Assembly: GCF_032191835.1 (NCBI RefSeq)
Contig: NC_083243.1
Location: 151,590,001-151,654,000 of the forward strand
From: Heteronotia binoei
Taxonomy: Eukaryota
Length of the DNA stretch: 64,000 bases
Direction of reading: 5' to 3'
Shown here in pieces: positions 1-13,357 of this stretch (position 1 is its first letter; each line of letters begins with the position of its first letter). Below the pieces are notes generated by a model. That model made no database searches and had not been told where the DNA came from. It saw only the letters and a list, made by a program, of their open reading frames with translations. A program made the position numbers and the translations under genes.

Positions 1-418
1 GAAAATGCCCACCTTTAGTGGATGGGAAGACAGCAAGTGTGTGTGTGTGGGGGGGTGCTTGCCCAGAACCTCTTTCTAGAGCCCACTGTATTTTTTTTCG
101 TCACAATGGGCCTTTTTTCGTCACAATGGGCCTTATTCCTAGTTATGTCAATAAATACAATATATGTCAACTACAAGTCAATTAAAACTTCTAAAACAAT
201 AGTAATAAAACAGCTATTCAGCATGGTATCTTAATAACTTTTCCCATAAGGGAGGAAGAGATGAAGAGAGCCAAGCTTAATGGCATTTTAAAACATTGTA
301 TGTCATTTCCCATGGGGAGGGGAGAGAATGGAGGAGGCAAAGTTTGATGGTAATGGTTGCTGTCCTCAACTGTTGGCCTGGTGGAACATCTGTGTTTTGC
401 AGGCCTTGCAGAACTGCA

Positions 419-1560
419 CTAAGTCCTGCAGAGCCCAAATGTCATCAGGTAGAGAGTTCCAGTTGAGGACAGCAAGATATTTTTCAGGCCAGGGACTGCA
501 TAAGATTTTTCTCTCCAGAGTGTAAAGCTTTTCAGGGGATATGCCAGGAGAAGTGGTCCCACAGATATGTTGATCTCAGACCCTTTAGGGCCTTGAAGGT
601 TAGTACCAAAACCTTGAACATGCCAGGAGAAGTGGTCCCACAGATATGTTGATCTCAGACCCTTTAGGGCCTTGAAGGTTAGTACCAAAACCTTGAACCA
701 GATCTGGTACTCAATCTGGAGCCAATGTGGCTGGCAAAGCACTGATTGAATGTGCTGCTGCATTCTGGACCAATTGTAATTTCCAGGTAAGTCTCAAGAG
801 CAGCCTTGTGTAGAGCACATTACAGTAGTCTAAATTAGAGGTGACCATTGCATGGATTACTGTGGCTAGATCAGGGCAAGACAGGAAGGAGGACAGTTGC
901 CTAACCTTGCATAGCTGAAAAAATGCCAATTTGGCAATGTTTGTGATCTGGGCCTCCATCAATAAGGAGGCATCCAGAAACACACCCAGGCTCCTGGTGG
1001 TCAGTACTTGTGTTAGAGGTACATTGTCAAGAGCCAGGAGTTGGTACCTCAGGCCTTAATCTCCCCTTCCCAGTCACAGACCCTCCTTGATGGATTCAGT
1101 TTTAGCTGGCTCTGCTTCAACCATCCAACCATGGCCTTCAGCCAAAGTAGATGGGCAGTGTCAGGCCATCTATCCATCAGCAGATACAGCTGGGTGTCAT
1201 CCATGTACTGATGGCAGCCCAGTCTAAAACTCCATTCCAGCTGGGCAAGGGGGTGCAACATTGGGGAGAGGATAGCCCCCTGAGGGATCCCACATACCAA
1301 GGGCTATTGAGGTGACACCCTCTCTCCTAGTGCCATCCTCTGTCCCCAACCCTGGGGAATGAGGTAAGCCACTTCAAGGCTACCCCACGAACTCCTATGT
1401 TGATGAGGCAGTGAGCCAGCAAATCATGGTCAACCATGTCAAACATTGCTGTTAACACTATTGTTAACAGCAGCACCAACCCACCCACCTTGATCTGCCT
1501 GTGGAGATCATGAGGGTGACCAGTGCCATCTCTGTCCCATGGCCAAGGGCTGCTCTGCCA
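419..1560 (-). mobile_element. Degraded L2-type LINE, RT/3' portion
   Basis: Minus-strand frames give L2-like RT motifs: TAMFDMVDHDLL, CGIPQGAILSP, HQYMDDTQLY, AFFQLCKVRQL, SNLDYCN, KLQLVQNAAA. There are several frameshifts. Confidence 0.8.
541..698. repeat. Perfect 79-bp tandem duplication inside the L2 fragment
   Basis: 541-619 and 620-698 are identical (ATGCCAGGAG...ACCTTGAAC). Confidence 0.95.
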
Positions 1561-1752
1561 CCACTTTCTCAATTACCTTACTCAGAAATGAAAGATTTGA
1601 GACTGGGCAGTAATTGGCAGAATCTGATGGCTCCGACGTCAAATAATGGTCAAATATTTAAAAGCATTACCCTTATAAGAACAAAAAAGTGCTTTATTAA
1701 TCAACAACATATTTAATATTTATATTAATAATATTAACTGTGGAACAATGAA

Positions 1753-1914
1753 TTTTGAGTCTAGTGGCACCTTTAAGACCAACAAAAGTTTATTCAAGGT
1801 ATGAGCTTTTGCGTGCAGGCACACTTCCTCAGATACATTGAAATGGAAGTTAAAATGGAAGCTCATACCCTGAATAAACTTTTGTTGGTCTTAAAAGCGC
1901 CACTGAACTCAAAA
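1753..1914. repeat. Inverted repeat resembling paired Penelope-like element tails
   Basis: Arms 1753-1808 (TTTTGAGTCTAGTGGCACCTTTAAGACCAACAAAAGTTTATTCAAGGTATGAGCTT) and 1859-1914 are near-complementary. The family assignment is from recalled reptile Penelope tail sequence. Confidence 0.6.
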
Positions 1915-3189
1915 TTTGTTCTTCTGTTTCAGATGAACACAGCTGCCCACCTGGATCTGTGAAACAATGAAATTACTTTTTAAAAATGTAATGAACTGTT
2001 ATGAATTGTAATAATGTGAATGAAGGCTTCTAACACTGTGAATGATTCTCAGGACAATACTTCCCTTTGACTTTCATCACCATGATCAGCCTATGGTTGC
2101 AACAAAATAATGAGGTTAAATCTGAAATCTCTGCGTAGAAGATGTTCCCTAATTCTTGATTGGGTTTATTCTAGACAGTTATTTTGTTACTGAAGACTGC
2201 CTGAGTTCCAGTTTGGTGATGGCTGCAGTTACAGCAGGTGGCACAGGAGAAGTTTAGCGATGACTGCAGCAGAGCTGAGGTAGGCAGTCCCTTGCTAATA
2301 GCTGCTGCAATATGTATTTTTTAAAACAAAAAACAAAAACTAACAACCTTATGTTGCCTCCAACACAATGGCACTCTTGGTTTTAGGGAATATTTGAAAG
2401 CAGTCAAATCTGTCTGTTTGATGTAGCCCCTTATAGCATACAGAATCTTCAGGCAGCTTGTAATTGAAAAATTGGTTGCATCAACCAGTTCCCAATATGA
2501 GAAAATCAGACACTACACAAATCATTCCCAAAGCCCACAAAGGTATGTTGTTCTAAATGAAAGCATTATTGCTACGTATACTACAGACATTTTACCAAAT
2601 CTGAAACGAAGACTGCAAATTAGTTTATCAAATCAGACTATTCTGACAACAGTTGTGCTAAACAGGGATTTTCCAAGCTTGGCTGCTAACCCAGGATTCC
2701 ATGCTTAGAATCACATTGCTTGTAGATTACAAACTTGGCTTCAGAATAGACACCCTACTCAAATGACAGATTTGTCCAACCTGTGCTATGTTAAAGGAAA
2801 CTGGGCCATGTTTTGTAAACCAGAGATAATATTTTCCATCTGTAACTAAGTGCAAGATTGATAAAGGAAATAAAGAATAGTCTGTGGTGACAAGGAACTG
2901 AAAAGGAAAGCTCAAAGCAGGAGGGAGAAGAAAGAAAATTTAGTACAAATTTGTAACTGCTTCTTTTGCCCTTGCTATTGAGCTTATAGGAAGACAAAGA
3001 AAAAAGACACACCCTGCAGTTATTGGAGGAAAAATGGATCCTTCCCTAGTTGATTTTTTTTTTTTTAAAAACCCTCTACTTCAAAACCAATGAAATACTG
3101 TTACTTGGGAATGTTGCAAGGAGGGATCAATTGTGATAACTGGACATAAATAAAAATACTTTCTTTGCCAGATCTGGTTTTTTAGCCAA

Positions 3190-3575
3190 CAGGTTCAAGC
3201 GCAAATTGCTGAGCAGTCGGGTTAGAACTGATAAAAGGAAGTACTTCTTCACCCAAAGGGTGATTAACGTGGAATTCACTGCCACAGAAGATGGTGGCGG
3301 CTACATGCATAGAAAGCTTCAAGAAGGAATTGCATAAGCATATGGAGTAGAGGTCCATAAGTGGCTACTAGCCACAGCATATTGTTGGAACTCTGTCTGG
3401 AGCAGTGATGCTCTGTATTCTTGGTGCTTGGGGAGACACAGTGGGAGGGCTTCTAGCCCCACTGGTGGAACTCCTGATGGCACTTTTTTTTTTGCCACTG
3501 TGTGACACAGAGTGTTGGACTGGATGGGCCATTGGCCTGATTCAACATGACTTCTCTTATGTTTTTACATACACC
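3190..3575 (+). mobile_element. CR1 LINE 3' fragment
   Basis: It encodes the CR1 C-terminal RTDKRKYFFTQRVI and carries a 3' UTR homologous to the reverse complement of the CR1 end at 31.5-31.9 kb. Confidence 0.85.
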
Positions 3576-3592
3576 CTAGGATACAAATGTGG

Positions 3593-3680
3593 GCTAGTGA
3601 TCAGAGTGTTGGACTAGGATCACTCTGCCATGGAAGCTTGCTGGGTGACCTTGGGCCAGTCACACACTTTTAGCACATAC
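3593..3680 (+). mobile_element. Squam3/MIR-like SINE fragment
   Basis: It contains the core GCCATGGAAGCTTGCTGGGTGACCTTGGGCCAGTCAC, similar to the SINE at 46.9-47.1 kb. Confidence 0.5.
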
Positions 3681-5835
3681 AAGGTAAGAATCATGGGTCT
3701 ATTCTGCATAGACAGCTTACTTCTGATTTTCGAGTTGGTTGGGTTTACTTCGAATGCTGTGCCTGCATTCTACATCTTTCTCTCCGATTTCTATTGAGAG
3801 TTGTGGTGTATATATATTCTACATACCAAAGAGAAAACCTGGGTAGTGTTCTGAGATTGGTTTCTCCTGATTGGTTAGTTTCACACTGGGCGTGCCTTTT
3901 GAAATAGATTCTTCCAGGTGGATTTACTGTGGGTTCGCCATTACTGTCCCCCCCGCCCCCTTATCAGTAGTCAAGGAGTTTGCTGGAGGGAAAAAAAACC
4001 CACTGCCAGGCACTGCTTTAAAGATTTAGTCAGAGTCAGTGGAGAGGAGGCAGAGACATCAGTGCTTTGCAGCCTGAGTTTCCCCTGAAATGAGATAACA
4101 AAAAAAGATGTTGAGATGGACTAGACTTTTAAAGAAAAAACTGCTGCCACCACAAAATAAATTCTACAGTATTATTCTCAAGTTTGAAATGTTTATAGTC
4201 AGAGTCAATTTAAAAGGAAAACTTTTTTCCTCCAAATACAAAATAGCCCAGCATCTAAACTAAGCAATTACTTTCCTCATCTCCTATTTCAAAAAACATG
4301 CACAGCGTGAAAACGATCAATAAGAACAGACCAATTAGCCTGCCAGGGGAGGGGAGGGGGAAAGTCCGAGGAAATGTTTATACTTTTAACAGCTTGGAAG
4401 CAAATTAAGAGGAGGGGGGGAATACTGCTCTGAAAACCCACTCTTGGAAACTATGGAGATACAGAGGAGTGACAGCAGAATGCTGGGAAAAGGATGTGGA
4501 AGGAATTTCAAAATCTGATGGGAGAGTGAGGTGAGTGCGCATGTGAATATGGAAGCAGGTTTTAAAAGCGACGGAGGTGGGAAGTGAGAGCCTGAGGTGG
4601 GAGAGCCCTAATAAACACAAAAGCAGAAAGGGCCATTGTCTCTCCAGCCACTTCACTCATGTGGCTCTGCAGGTCACTTGTCAGAGGCAGCCTTAAAATA
4701 ACACCCAAGACCTTTCCCACACAAAGGTTCAGGTGCTGGGTTAGTGATAAGAAACATCAATCTTTTGCCAATCCAAAGGGATGCAGCCACTAGGGAGTAC
4801 ATAACTGTACATTCACAAAAGTAATTTGTGGTAACTTATCTATAGTGCAATGACAAAGGGCACTATGTAACAAACAGGGGTCATGTGTCCAAATACCTCT
4901 AAGGGGTGCTGGCAAGAAGGCAAAGCTCACATTTTTGCCAGCAAAACATTGATTGGCATCAAAATAAAAGGAAGACTTAGAAGGCCAGACTAGAACCTGC
5001 ACACAATCAGCAGCAATCTTCCAACCACATATCTAGCTAAGCACACAGGAACAAGACACAATCCCCAAACTGTCCTGGCTTCAACACTGACTATATAGAC
5101 AGGGCAGAGAGGATTATAGAGAAAGGCAGAATTTGGTGGAGATGCACAAATTTGGCACACCCAAGATCTGAGACACAGTTTGAGTCCTGGAAGGAATCCC
5201 AGGCGCAATTCCAGTTTTGCAGCTGTCAAATGGTATGGGCAACCATGCTGGTTAGCTGCTCCACATAGCCCTAACTGGACCAGAAAGGCCAATGCACCTT
5301 CCTCCTGCTGTAGACAAGTATTCATTGCTGTCATGTATACCTATTCATCCCAGCAACACTTGGCTCTACCTCCCTAGCGCCCCCCCCCCCACCAGTTAGG
5401 CAGGCTTATAAGACACCAACAGTGATCTCAGGAGTGTGGAACCTGAGTAGCATACTTATGAAAATATTGGATGAAGACAGCTGAGGTTAGTAGCACACAA
5501 GGGGTTAGAAACTGATCCCTATCTATCAAACCTCAAGGAAACAGAGACACAGTGGTAATACAATTCACACATTTATTGAACTTTACCAGGCACAGAATTC
5601 TGAACACAAGGCAGATGACTGAGGCTGTCAACTCTCTCGTTCCAGCAAAACTCCTGTGCCTTCAAAAATTGTACTGACATTCTGCAGAATCACTGGTAGA
5701 GCTTTCCATATCACTGCATACCTACGATGGGAACAAATCAAATCCCCAAAAACCCAAAAGCTTACCAAGGATTTAGTGACAAATGAATTGTGCTTGAACT
5801 GCTTAGCTAAATTATATATATATTGTATATAATTC

Positions 5836-5930
5836 AGGGGTGTCAAAGTCATTTGTTATGAGGGCTGGATCTGACATAAATGCAACTTTGTGGGGCCAGG
5901 CCATGTGTGTCATAAAATTTTGGTAGGTAA
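5836..5930 (+). mobile_element. One end of a non-autonomous hAT-like element
   Basis: It starts CAGGGGTGTCAAAGTCATTTG, a typical hAT-MITE terminus. No partner end or TSD was found. Confidence 0.4.
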
Positions 5931-6549
5931 TGCCAAAAACAGATGTCACAATAGTATTTAATTCTCACTGTTGTCTGCTCCTATAATGCAGTTTAACCAT
6001 TGTCCATTGTGCTGAAGAAATATCTAATTATTTACTTATTTAAATTTTTATCTGCTTATCCTGTAATATTAAATATTGGGTACACCCTGATAACAGGAAG
6101 AGCAAAAATTATGCAGGCACAGGAGACAAAATTATTGATACCTATATTATAAATCCTGATACGTTAGTTCTTTATCAGGAAGGGTGGGGGGAGATAATGT
6201 ATATAGAATAAATTTTTAGATACTTTGGTTCAAAAGGAGTTACTAATTCCTGCAATGATCACAAAGATTACATTCAGATGTCATGATTAACTGAGGTTTG
6301 TTAAACTGAAGTTTAGGGAACTAACCATGGTTAGTGCAGCAGATAATCAAAATTAACCAGCATCTACTTAGAAATTCCAGCTTGATGTTGGCATTCTTTC
6401 ACTTTTAAAGCGCCTAATATCTCTATTAGGACTCAATTTCACAAAACTGTAATGAGGTGGTATGTTCCTCAAACATATGCACAATGTGTCATCAACACTC
6501 TGCAACATGAAAGGGAGCTACCTACACTGCTGGTGGGAGTGCACAATTA

Positions 6550-7158
6550 TCAACAGCTTTTGGAAGAAAATTCTGACATTCATACACGATGTTATATTAC
6601 TCATAATATCATGATCCCTTTTAAGCTAAAAATTCTGCTTCTGAACATGTGGAATTTCTGTCACCTGTGCCCAAACAATACTATACTTTTAGAGAAGTTT
6701 TGTGTAGCTGCTGGACTGGCTATCACCAAACACTGGGATAATTCTAAGGCTCTTACAATTTCATATTGACTTTAGAAAGTTCAAGAATTGTGCATCATGG
6801 ATAAAATTACAGAATCTCTGATACTACAAACCACAGATCAATACGAATCCAAATTTATGCAACCTGGCTCTCTTTTTTAGAATATTTAGCATCCAAAGAA
6901 GAATTCAGTATTTTATTAGAGGCTATCAACGCCAAGTGTCATCATAGTTCATTTCCCCCCTTTTCTTTTGTCTAAAAAATATTATTATAATGAATACAAT
7001 CCAATTCAACACAATTTTTTTTTCCTTTCTGCTTCCTTCATTTTAATTAATTCTTACCCAACAGTTATGTCCATGTTTTTAAATCTCTATCAATATAATC
7101 TGCTAATGTGCTCTGTATGTTTGCAACTAATAAAGTTGTAGTTAAAATTAAAAAAAAA
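6550..7158 (+). mobile_element. L1/Tx1-like 3' fragment with A-rich tail
   Basis: The translation IPFKLKILLLNMW...AAGLAITKHWDNSKALTISY*L*KVQELCIMDKIT resembles an L1 ORF2 C-terminus. It ends with AATAAA plus an A-run at about 7128-7158. Confidence 0.6.
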
Positions 7159-8739
7159 TAGAAACCCCAGCTTGTTTGCTGCCAGTGAGAATCAACTGCT
7201 TACTCTTCTAGTCTCCTTTGATCTTTCCAAAAAATGAAAAAAAGACTCTGTTGTTTTAATTCAACCCTGCTGCCCTATAACTGCAAACAAAATCTGTGTC
7301 TACACTGAGATTTTGCTTGCTTGTGAAAGGTAGAGATACCATTTTGGAAACCCATTACATGCCTCTGTTTCTCTTCGTCTTTGGATTTGCTGCTTATGTG
7401 CTTGCATCCCTGCCTTGGGAACTGGACTTTTGCCTGGACCTTCATGGAAAGATATCAGCTCTGTCTTCTCTCTTGTGCTTTAACTCTTGGCTTCTCACTT
7501 CACCTCTTGAATGAAGTATGTTGTCAAGGGTGTATGTGCTTAGAATATTTAACTGCTGTAAGTGGGCTCCCTGGTACTGGTACTATATTGAATGCCTGAT
7601 ATTATTTTGACTGTTTGAATGTACTGATGTTCCATTCCAGATCATTGTATTTTTCCCTTCAATAAACTTTGATTTTTATTCTGCTCTATTTTGATTCTCA
7701 CTGTTCTTTCAAGCTTGTATAGGCACCTCATCACTTTGTCAACAAATCCTTTTAGTCATTCATGTGAGTCACTGCCCAGACTAGGGGCATTCCTTTAAGC
7801 TGGCTGTAGAAGCTAAGTCAGCAGGCTGTAGGAACCATCAGCAGTTCCTTCAGTATGAGAAGCAGGGTTTCTTCTGTATGCTTCTGTTATTTTGTTATCA
7901 ATTTGGACTGAACTGGAAAGTGAACCAAGTTCATACAGTTGAGTTTAAGGTGCATGAATTGCTGATGATGACACACAGTAACAGAAAAGAGCTGGACAAA
8001 GTGTTGACATCTTTTTACACCAGGCACTGTTGGCTTTCCTTCCATTTTAGATATTGCCACAGCACCCTGATAAGCACTGCAACCAACAGTCTCTGGCCAA
8101 TTTCTCTATACCAGCTCCAACAGGGAGGGTGAGGATTAGATAAGAAAGCATGATTGCTATGTAAATAGCACCTCCTACCTGCAAATATAACAACCAACAA
8201 GCCTAAATGCTTACAAGGAATTAATTGAAAATGACACTGCTGGAAGATCTTAGCTGTAAGCATGCAAGTGATATGTATGTAAACAATATTTAAACATTTA
8301 ATCATCTGTCAGTTTGAGATGCTGACAAGAAGAGGGCAGGTCACAAGGCCATTATGAAGTGGCTATTTAGGGAAGTCTGTTAATTCTTACAGACCATATG
8401 TTTTGGCTAGTGTAAAGTAGGAATGCCTTGGGGAAAAGCAATTTAGCCACTAGGTCAGAGAATCATCTGAATAAACAAACAAGCAGGTGGTACCAACCCA
8501 GATGACTTTGCACAATGCCTCGGACTTATTTGCACATCCCAGGATTGTAACCTCAGACCAAGCAAATGGTTTCCCCCTGCTCTGCTATTGAGATGTACAC
8601 TTTAAAAGTGTGTTAAACAAGAATGCAACCCTACCAGAAGTTGTCCTGTACAAGGTCTAGTGAAATGAATGGGAGCCATGCAAGGAAACAACAGGCAAAT
8701 TTCAGCTGTGCAGAGGCCTAAATTCACAAATACATTTTT

Positions 8740-9900
8740 CATTTCTAGGTGTTAATCCATTGAAATGTATACTTGAAAATAGCTAGTTCTCCCGCCAGAT
8801 GCTTTCTACTTCATACTAGTTCTCAATATTTTCTGATTTTTTTGTAGTGCTTCCTCTGAAGAGTTATATTGAATTTTAATATTCCTTATCCAGTTTTCCT
8901 CCCATTGTAATCTTCTCTAAAGCCTTCTTCCAATTTATCTGTTTCCTCTTCTTTATTTCAGGGACAATAGGCAATTTATATGAATGGAAGTATTCAAACT
9001 CTGTATCCAGAACTTATTTAAAATCAAAAGGTGATAGCTATAAATATAGTTAGTCAATAGATAGTATATAATTAGTACTGGAAGTATACTTGAATAGTTG
9101 TTTTTATCCCTAATGGGGGTACTGTAGTAGGAGCTGGTCTGGTATGTTTGTCATATAGTGTAATTGGGACTTTGTTGTGTTAATTTGCCATTTTATTTGT
9201 AAAGTGGGCTTAGGACAGTGAGCCCTCTGTTATTGCCCTTTCCTTTCCCCCCCTTATATTGTATTTGAATAGGGGATGGTATGCCCATTGCTCTGGCCTC
9301 TTTCTCCCCCCACCCCACCCATAGTTGGTATGTGACTTTGGAGTCTTCTTTTTCCCCCTGTTGATAGATTCCAGGTACTTCGGAAGGTACTTTTGAGAGG
9401 GAGTAGTTTCAAAGTATTTTGTGGGGGTAGTTTCTTTATTGAATCTGCGAGGTAATGTTGACCTTTCATGTCTGATTTTTTTGTTGATACTTCATTTGAT
9501 TGTGTAATTGTTTGTATGGGTTTTATAGCTAAAGTTTATCTCACATCCCAGAATATTAAAAAAGCTTTCTTTCGTATGGAGTGATACATGCATTTGCCCT
9601 GGTCCCTTCCTCTTCCCCTTTAGTTTGTACGTGAACCTGGAGCTTTCCCCCCTTTCTTGTAGATAAATCTCAGCTACTTTAGGGAAAGAGGGAATAGTAG
9701 AGGTCCTCCCATTGTATGGGATAAATTTTAAAATATTCTGTAAGGGCAATGTTATGTTCAAGCTTGAGATGCAATGTTGACCCTTCCTACTTTGATTTTT
9801 TGTTGATATTGCCCTTGACTGTATAAGTTTTTGGTTTTTAAAAGAATTTTACTGTTAAAATTTACTCCACATCCTAGAATACTTTGCCTTCTTTTCCCCC
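8740..9900 (-). mobile_element. Highly degraded L1-like ORF2 3' region
   Basis: T-rich plus strand. Minus frames show weak L1-like segments (KVGRVNIASQA/MNITLP, LQWEENWIRNIKIQ). Confidence 0.4.
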
Positions 9901-9921
9901 CTCCCCCTTTATTGTGGAGTG

Positions 9922-10036
9922 ATAAGGCAATGGCAAACCACCCCGTAAAAAGTCTGCTGTGAAAACGTTGTGAAAGCGACGTCACCCCAGAGTTGGAAAC
10001 GACTGGTGTTTGCACAGGGGACTACCTTTACCTTTA
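9922..10036 (+). mobile_element. Sauria SINE (BovB-related) 3' portion
   Basis: It carries the GGCAATGGCAAACCAC motif and an ACCTTT-repeat tail, both typical of Sauria SINE/BovB 3' ends. Confidence 0.6.
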
Positions 10037-10319
10037 TGTATGTGGCATGTTTTTGATAAACATTAAAAATAAACTTATTAAAAATTGCCTATTGTGACAA
10101 TGATTAACAAAATATAGTAAGATACTAGCAAACTACTGCAAGATTTTTCTTACTGATAACTTATGTGGCCTTTACATCGTCTGTGCAGGAACCTCTCCTA
10201 TCAAATCAAACATATCAGATATATTCTGATCTGTTACAAACCAATAGGGTATTTTTAAGTTTTTTCATTGATCCCTTTCTGAACTGTTATTCCTATTTAG
10301 TTGGGCATGTTGTGGCAAG

Positions 10320-10992
10320 AATTGAATACTAAAAGCTTACCTATAGCCCTCCCCAGTAATTGTGCAGGACTTTAAAAAATGGAAAGTCACCGTGAATAGC
10401 ATGGGATTTTTCAGAGTCAAGTATGGCCAGTTCGAGGGAATGCTTCCACTGCTAGTTGTTGAGGGGTCCCTCTCTAGTCTACTAGGTCAGGCATGGTTCA
10501 GTCCTCTAGGAAGCCGCGTAACTGGAATCCACCAGACCCCCATCGGCCAAGACTTCCAAAGGATCTGTGAAGAGTTCCCATCTGTTTTTGATGGAACACT
10601 GGGGACCTACATCTGGCCCCCATTGTCCCTGCAGCTTAACTCCACTATGCAGCCCAAAAGGTTAAAGGTTCAATGAGTCCCCTTCGCTTTAATACCTAAG
10701 ATTGAAAAGGAGCTGGACTGCCTTGTAGCCCAGGGGGTCTTAGAACCAGTCGCCAACGCATGGTGGGAAACCCCCATAATTACCCCAGTGAAGCCCAATG
10801 GAAGCTTCCACATCTGTGCGGACTACAAATGTGCTATAAATAAAGCACTGCAAAACCATGCATACCTAGTCCCTGTGGTCAGCCATGTTCTGGCTTCACT
10901 GGCAGGGGCAAAAATATTTGGGAAATTGGACCTGGCTTAGGCATATCAGCAGCTACCAGTGGATGAGGCAACAGCGGAGGCACAAAAAATTG
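10320..10992 (+). mobile_element. Gypsy/Ty3 pol, upstream part (protease tail to RT N-terminus), 5'-truncated
   Basis: Motifs LPLLVVEG..SLLG, VPFALIPKIEKEL, ICADYKCAINK, KIFGKLDLA*AYQQL. It stops at AEAQKI, where the DIRS element begins. Confidence 0.9.
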
Positions 10993-11190
10993 ATCTTCAT
11001 CGTGGTCTCTGTGCAGTCCCGCACATGGGTCTTGCCGCAGGCAATAGATCCATACCTCGGAGTCTCCAATAGCTCGCCTAGAGCGGTTTTTGGTGCACTT
11101 TTCTGCTTGCCCTGGGGAGCAGGCATCGACTGCGCATGCCTGGAGCAAGTGGGAGGCGCCCTTCCCACTCAGTTTCTTCCTTTCCACCGC
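10993..11190 (+). repeat. DIRS left inverted terminal repeat
   Basis: Diverged reverse complement of 16381-16570 (for example GGAGTCTCCAATAGCTCGCCTAGAGC versus GCTCTAGGCGAGCTATTGGAGACTCC). Confidence 0.92.
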
Positions 11191-11385
11191 CTGGACAACA
11201 CCTACCTTGCTGCGTTCCTCTCTCCTCAGCTCGTCTCCTGTTCGGTATCATATTCTCCTTTCTTCTCTTATCTCCATTCTTCTATCATTTTTCGTCCTTA
11301 TAAAATTAAAAAAAAAAGAGCCCTTGTTTCTGCGCTTTCCTTTTCCTGTTTTTCTCCCCTCCCTCCCCTCCCTTGTCCGGAGCGT

Positions 11386-13313
11386 ATAGAAGGGAACATT
11401 ACTTTCAAAAAGTGTTGGAGGTGCGGATCTAAAATCCCTACTTCAGACGGACACTCTTACTGCCTTTTTTGCTTGGGTGAAGCTCATTGGGTCGATACTT
11501 GCCCCCATTGTGCCAACTTCGGTAAACAGGCGCGAAAAAATCGAGTGGCTAGACTTCAAAGTTTCCTGCGCAAAAAATCTCTCCGGGCTATGCCCAGCTC
11601 TGATTCGCCACCTCCCCCACACCAAGCGGGAGATTTGGCTGCGTTGACTGCTCCTCAGCTCCATAAGAAGCATAAGTCCGACAAGAGAGCATCCAAGCAC
11701 TCCGACACCGGCCACAAGGCTTCGAAGTCTCGCCATACTGATCCATCGACCTCGGCTCCAAAGAAATCTCACGATCCAACAAGGTCAACTCCAACAACTT
11801 CTCCAAGGGCTACCACTTCGACTACTACAGCGACAACTATGGCATTGGTTTCCACCCACTTGGCTCTTAACCAACCTCTAGTTCCACCAGAGCTTTCGGC
11901 ACCCTCATTTCCGACATGCCTCATCTCACTCCTCACTCTCCAGCTGCAGTCGAGGTCATATCGGTCCGATCTTGTTCACCCTCAGTCCATAGCATGATGC
12001 CATTCAACATCCTTGAACCCGACCCATGTTTGGATCCTATGACTTTCTCTCAGGAGCATCCCCGGTCTTTGCTACAGGCAGGATCTTTTCGAGACATTGG
12101 AGTTTCTCCTCTGTACCAGGAGTCTTCGACACAGGTTTCTACCCAACATGTCCAATCTCGCTCACCGGTTCGACGTTGTGATTTCTGTTCACGTTCACCA
12201 GTCTACCGTGAGTACCGGGACTATTACCAGATGGGTCGATATGAGTATTCTTCACTCTCCAGATCTCCATCTCCCAGACACCGTCGAGTCTACCATCACT
12301 ACTCTCGTTCCCCCTCGAATGAGGGTTTCTGTCGCTCTCGGTACCGTGAATTAGATGTTGCCTCCCACAGAGACCGTGAAGTCTTAACATCTCGAATTCG
12401 GGACTTCGAATCGCCTTGGTACCATGAGCCCTCTCGAACCTGAGACCCGGACTGTCGAGACCATGAACCTCTTCGAGTCTGTGAACCTCTTCGGTACCGG
12501 TAATCTTATATGCCTTGAACAGCTTCGGCCACCATATTTTCAGCTCCGGACACTACCTCGGCATCGGCCACTACTTCGACTGCCTTGCAATTACAGTCTA
12601 AATCTCCTGAGGTCCCTCCATCCGCATCTGCACCTACCAAGCCTTTAATCTCTCCCGGATCCAAAGGATCCGAATCCGACAGGGACAGTTCTGGCTCTTC
12701 TGACTCCGAAAATCCTCCTGGCTCTCCTGCCTCCGATTCCACACATCCAACCTGTCTCTCTCCATCCGACGGTTCAAAGGTTTACCTTAATCTAATCACC
12801 ACTATGGCTGAGTCCTTGAATGTTACTCTTCCGTCGGACTCACCCAAGGTTTTAGACATGGTCCGCGATCTGGTTCAGGCTGGTTTCCCAGCAGGGTCCC
12901 TCCTACCTATGCTGCCAGTGCACTTGGAAGGATTGCGTGAGGCCTGGGACAAACCTGCTTTGATTCCACCTACCTCGAGGTGCTTTGATTCCCTGTACAG
13001 GGTACATGCTCCAGAATCCAAATTTCTAGCTTCACATCCTGCTCCAAACTCTATCATTGTGCACTCTGCAACTAAAGCCAAACCCTCTAGACATCCTACT
13101 TCTCCTGATCATGAGGGCCGGAAGTTGGAAACCCTGGCTTACAAAATCTACAATCTTTCCTCTACTAGTTCTAAAGTTAACTATTACCTGACTTACTTCT
13201 CTGCATACACATTTATTCTCACCAACCAATTAACTTCTCTCAGCAGACCAAGAAGTCTTCCCAGCCAGCCAAGCAGTTTCTTTGACTCCCCTCTGCATCT
13301 AATCCACAGCTGA
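11386..13313 (+). pseudogene. DIRS ORF1 (gag-like), frameshifted
   Basis: N-terminal Cys-rich finger CWRC..DGHSYCLFC...HWVDTCPHC, an Arg/Ser/Pro-rich linker, and a C-terminal domain (LLPMLPVHLEGLREAWDKP) of the LAP2alpha-like type seen in vertebrate DIRS gag. Confidence 0.8.
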
Positions 13314-13357
13314 ATCCCCATTATCAAACCTGGAGCTCAATCACCACGGACTCTTGG

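Noticed and set aside
3860-3965. Possible promoter (two inverted CCAAT boxes and a GC box)
   Set aside because: There is no CpG island or downstream exon. Such short motifs occur by chance or inside repeats.
5329-5678. Possible solo LTR (TGTCA...TGACA)
   Set aside because: The flanks do not form a TSD (ATTGC versus TTCTG) and there is no related copy in the window.
10885-11997. 370-aa ORF as a host or novel gene
   Set aside because: It is a chance read-through from an off-frame part of Gypsy across the DIRS ITR into the gag zinc finger.
11916-12443. Arg/Ser-rich ORF resembling an SR splicing factor
   Set aside because: It lies inside the DIRS ITRs, in the low-complexity gag linker, and has no RRM.
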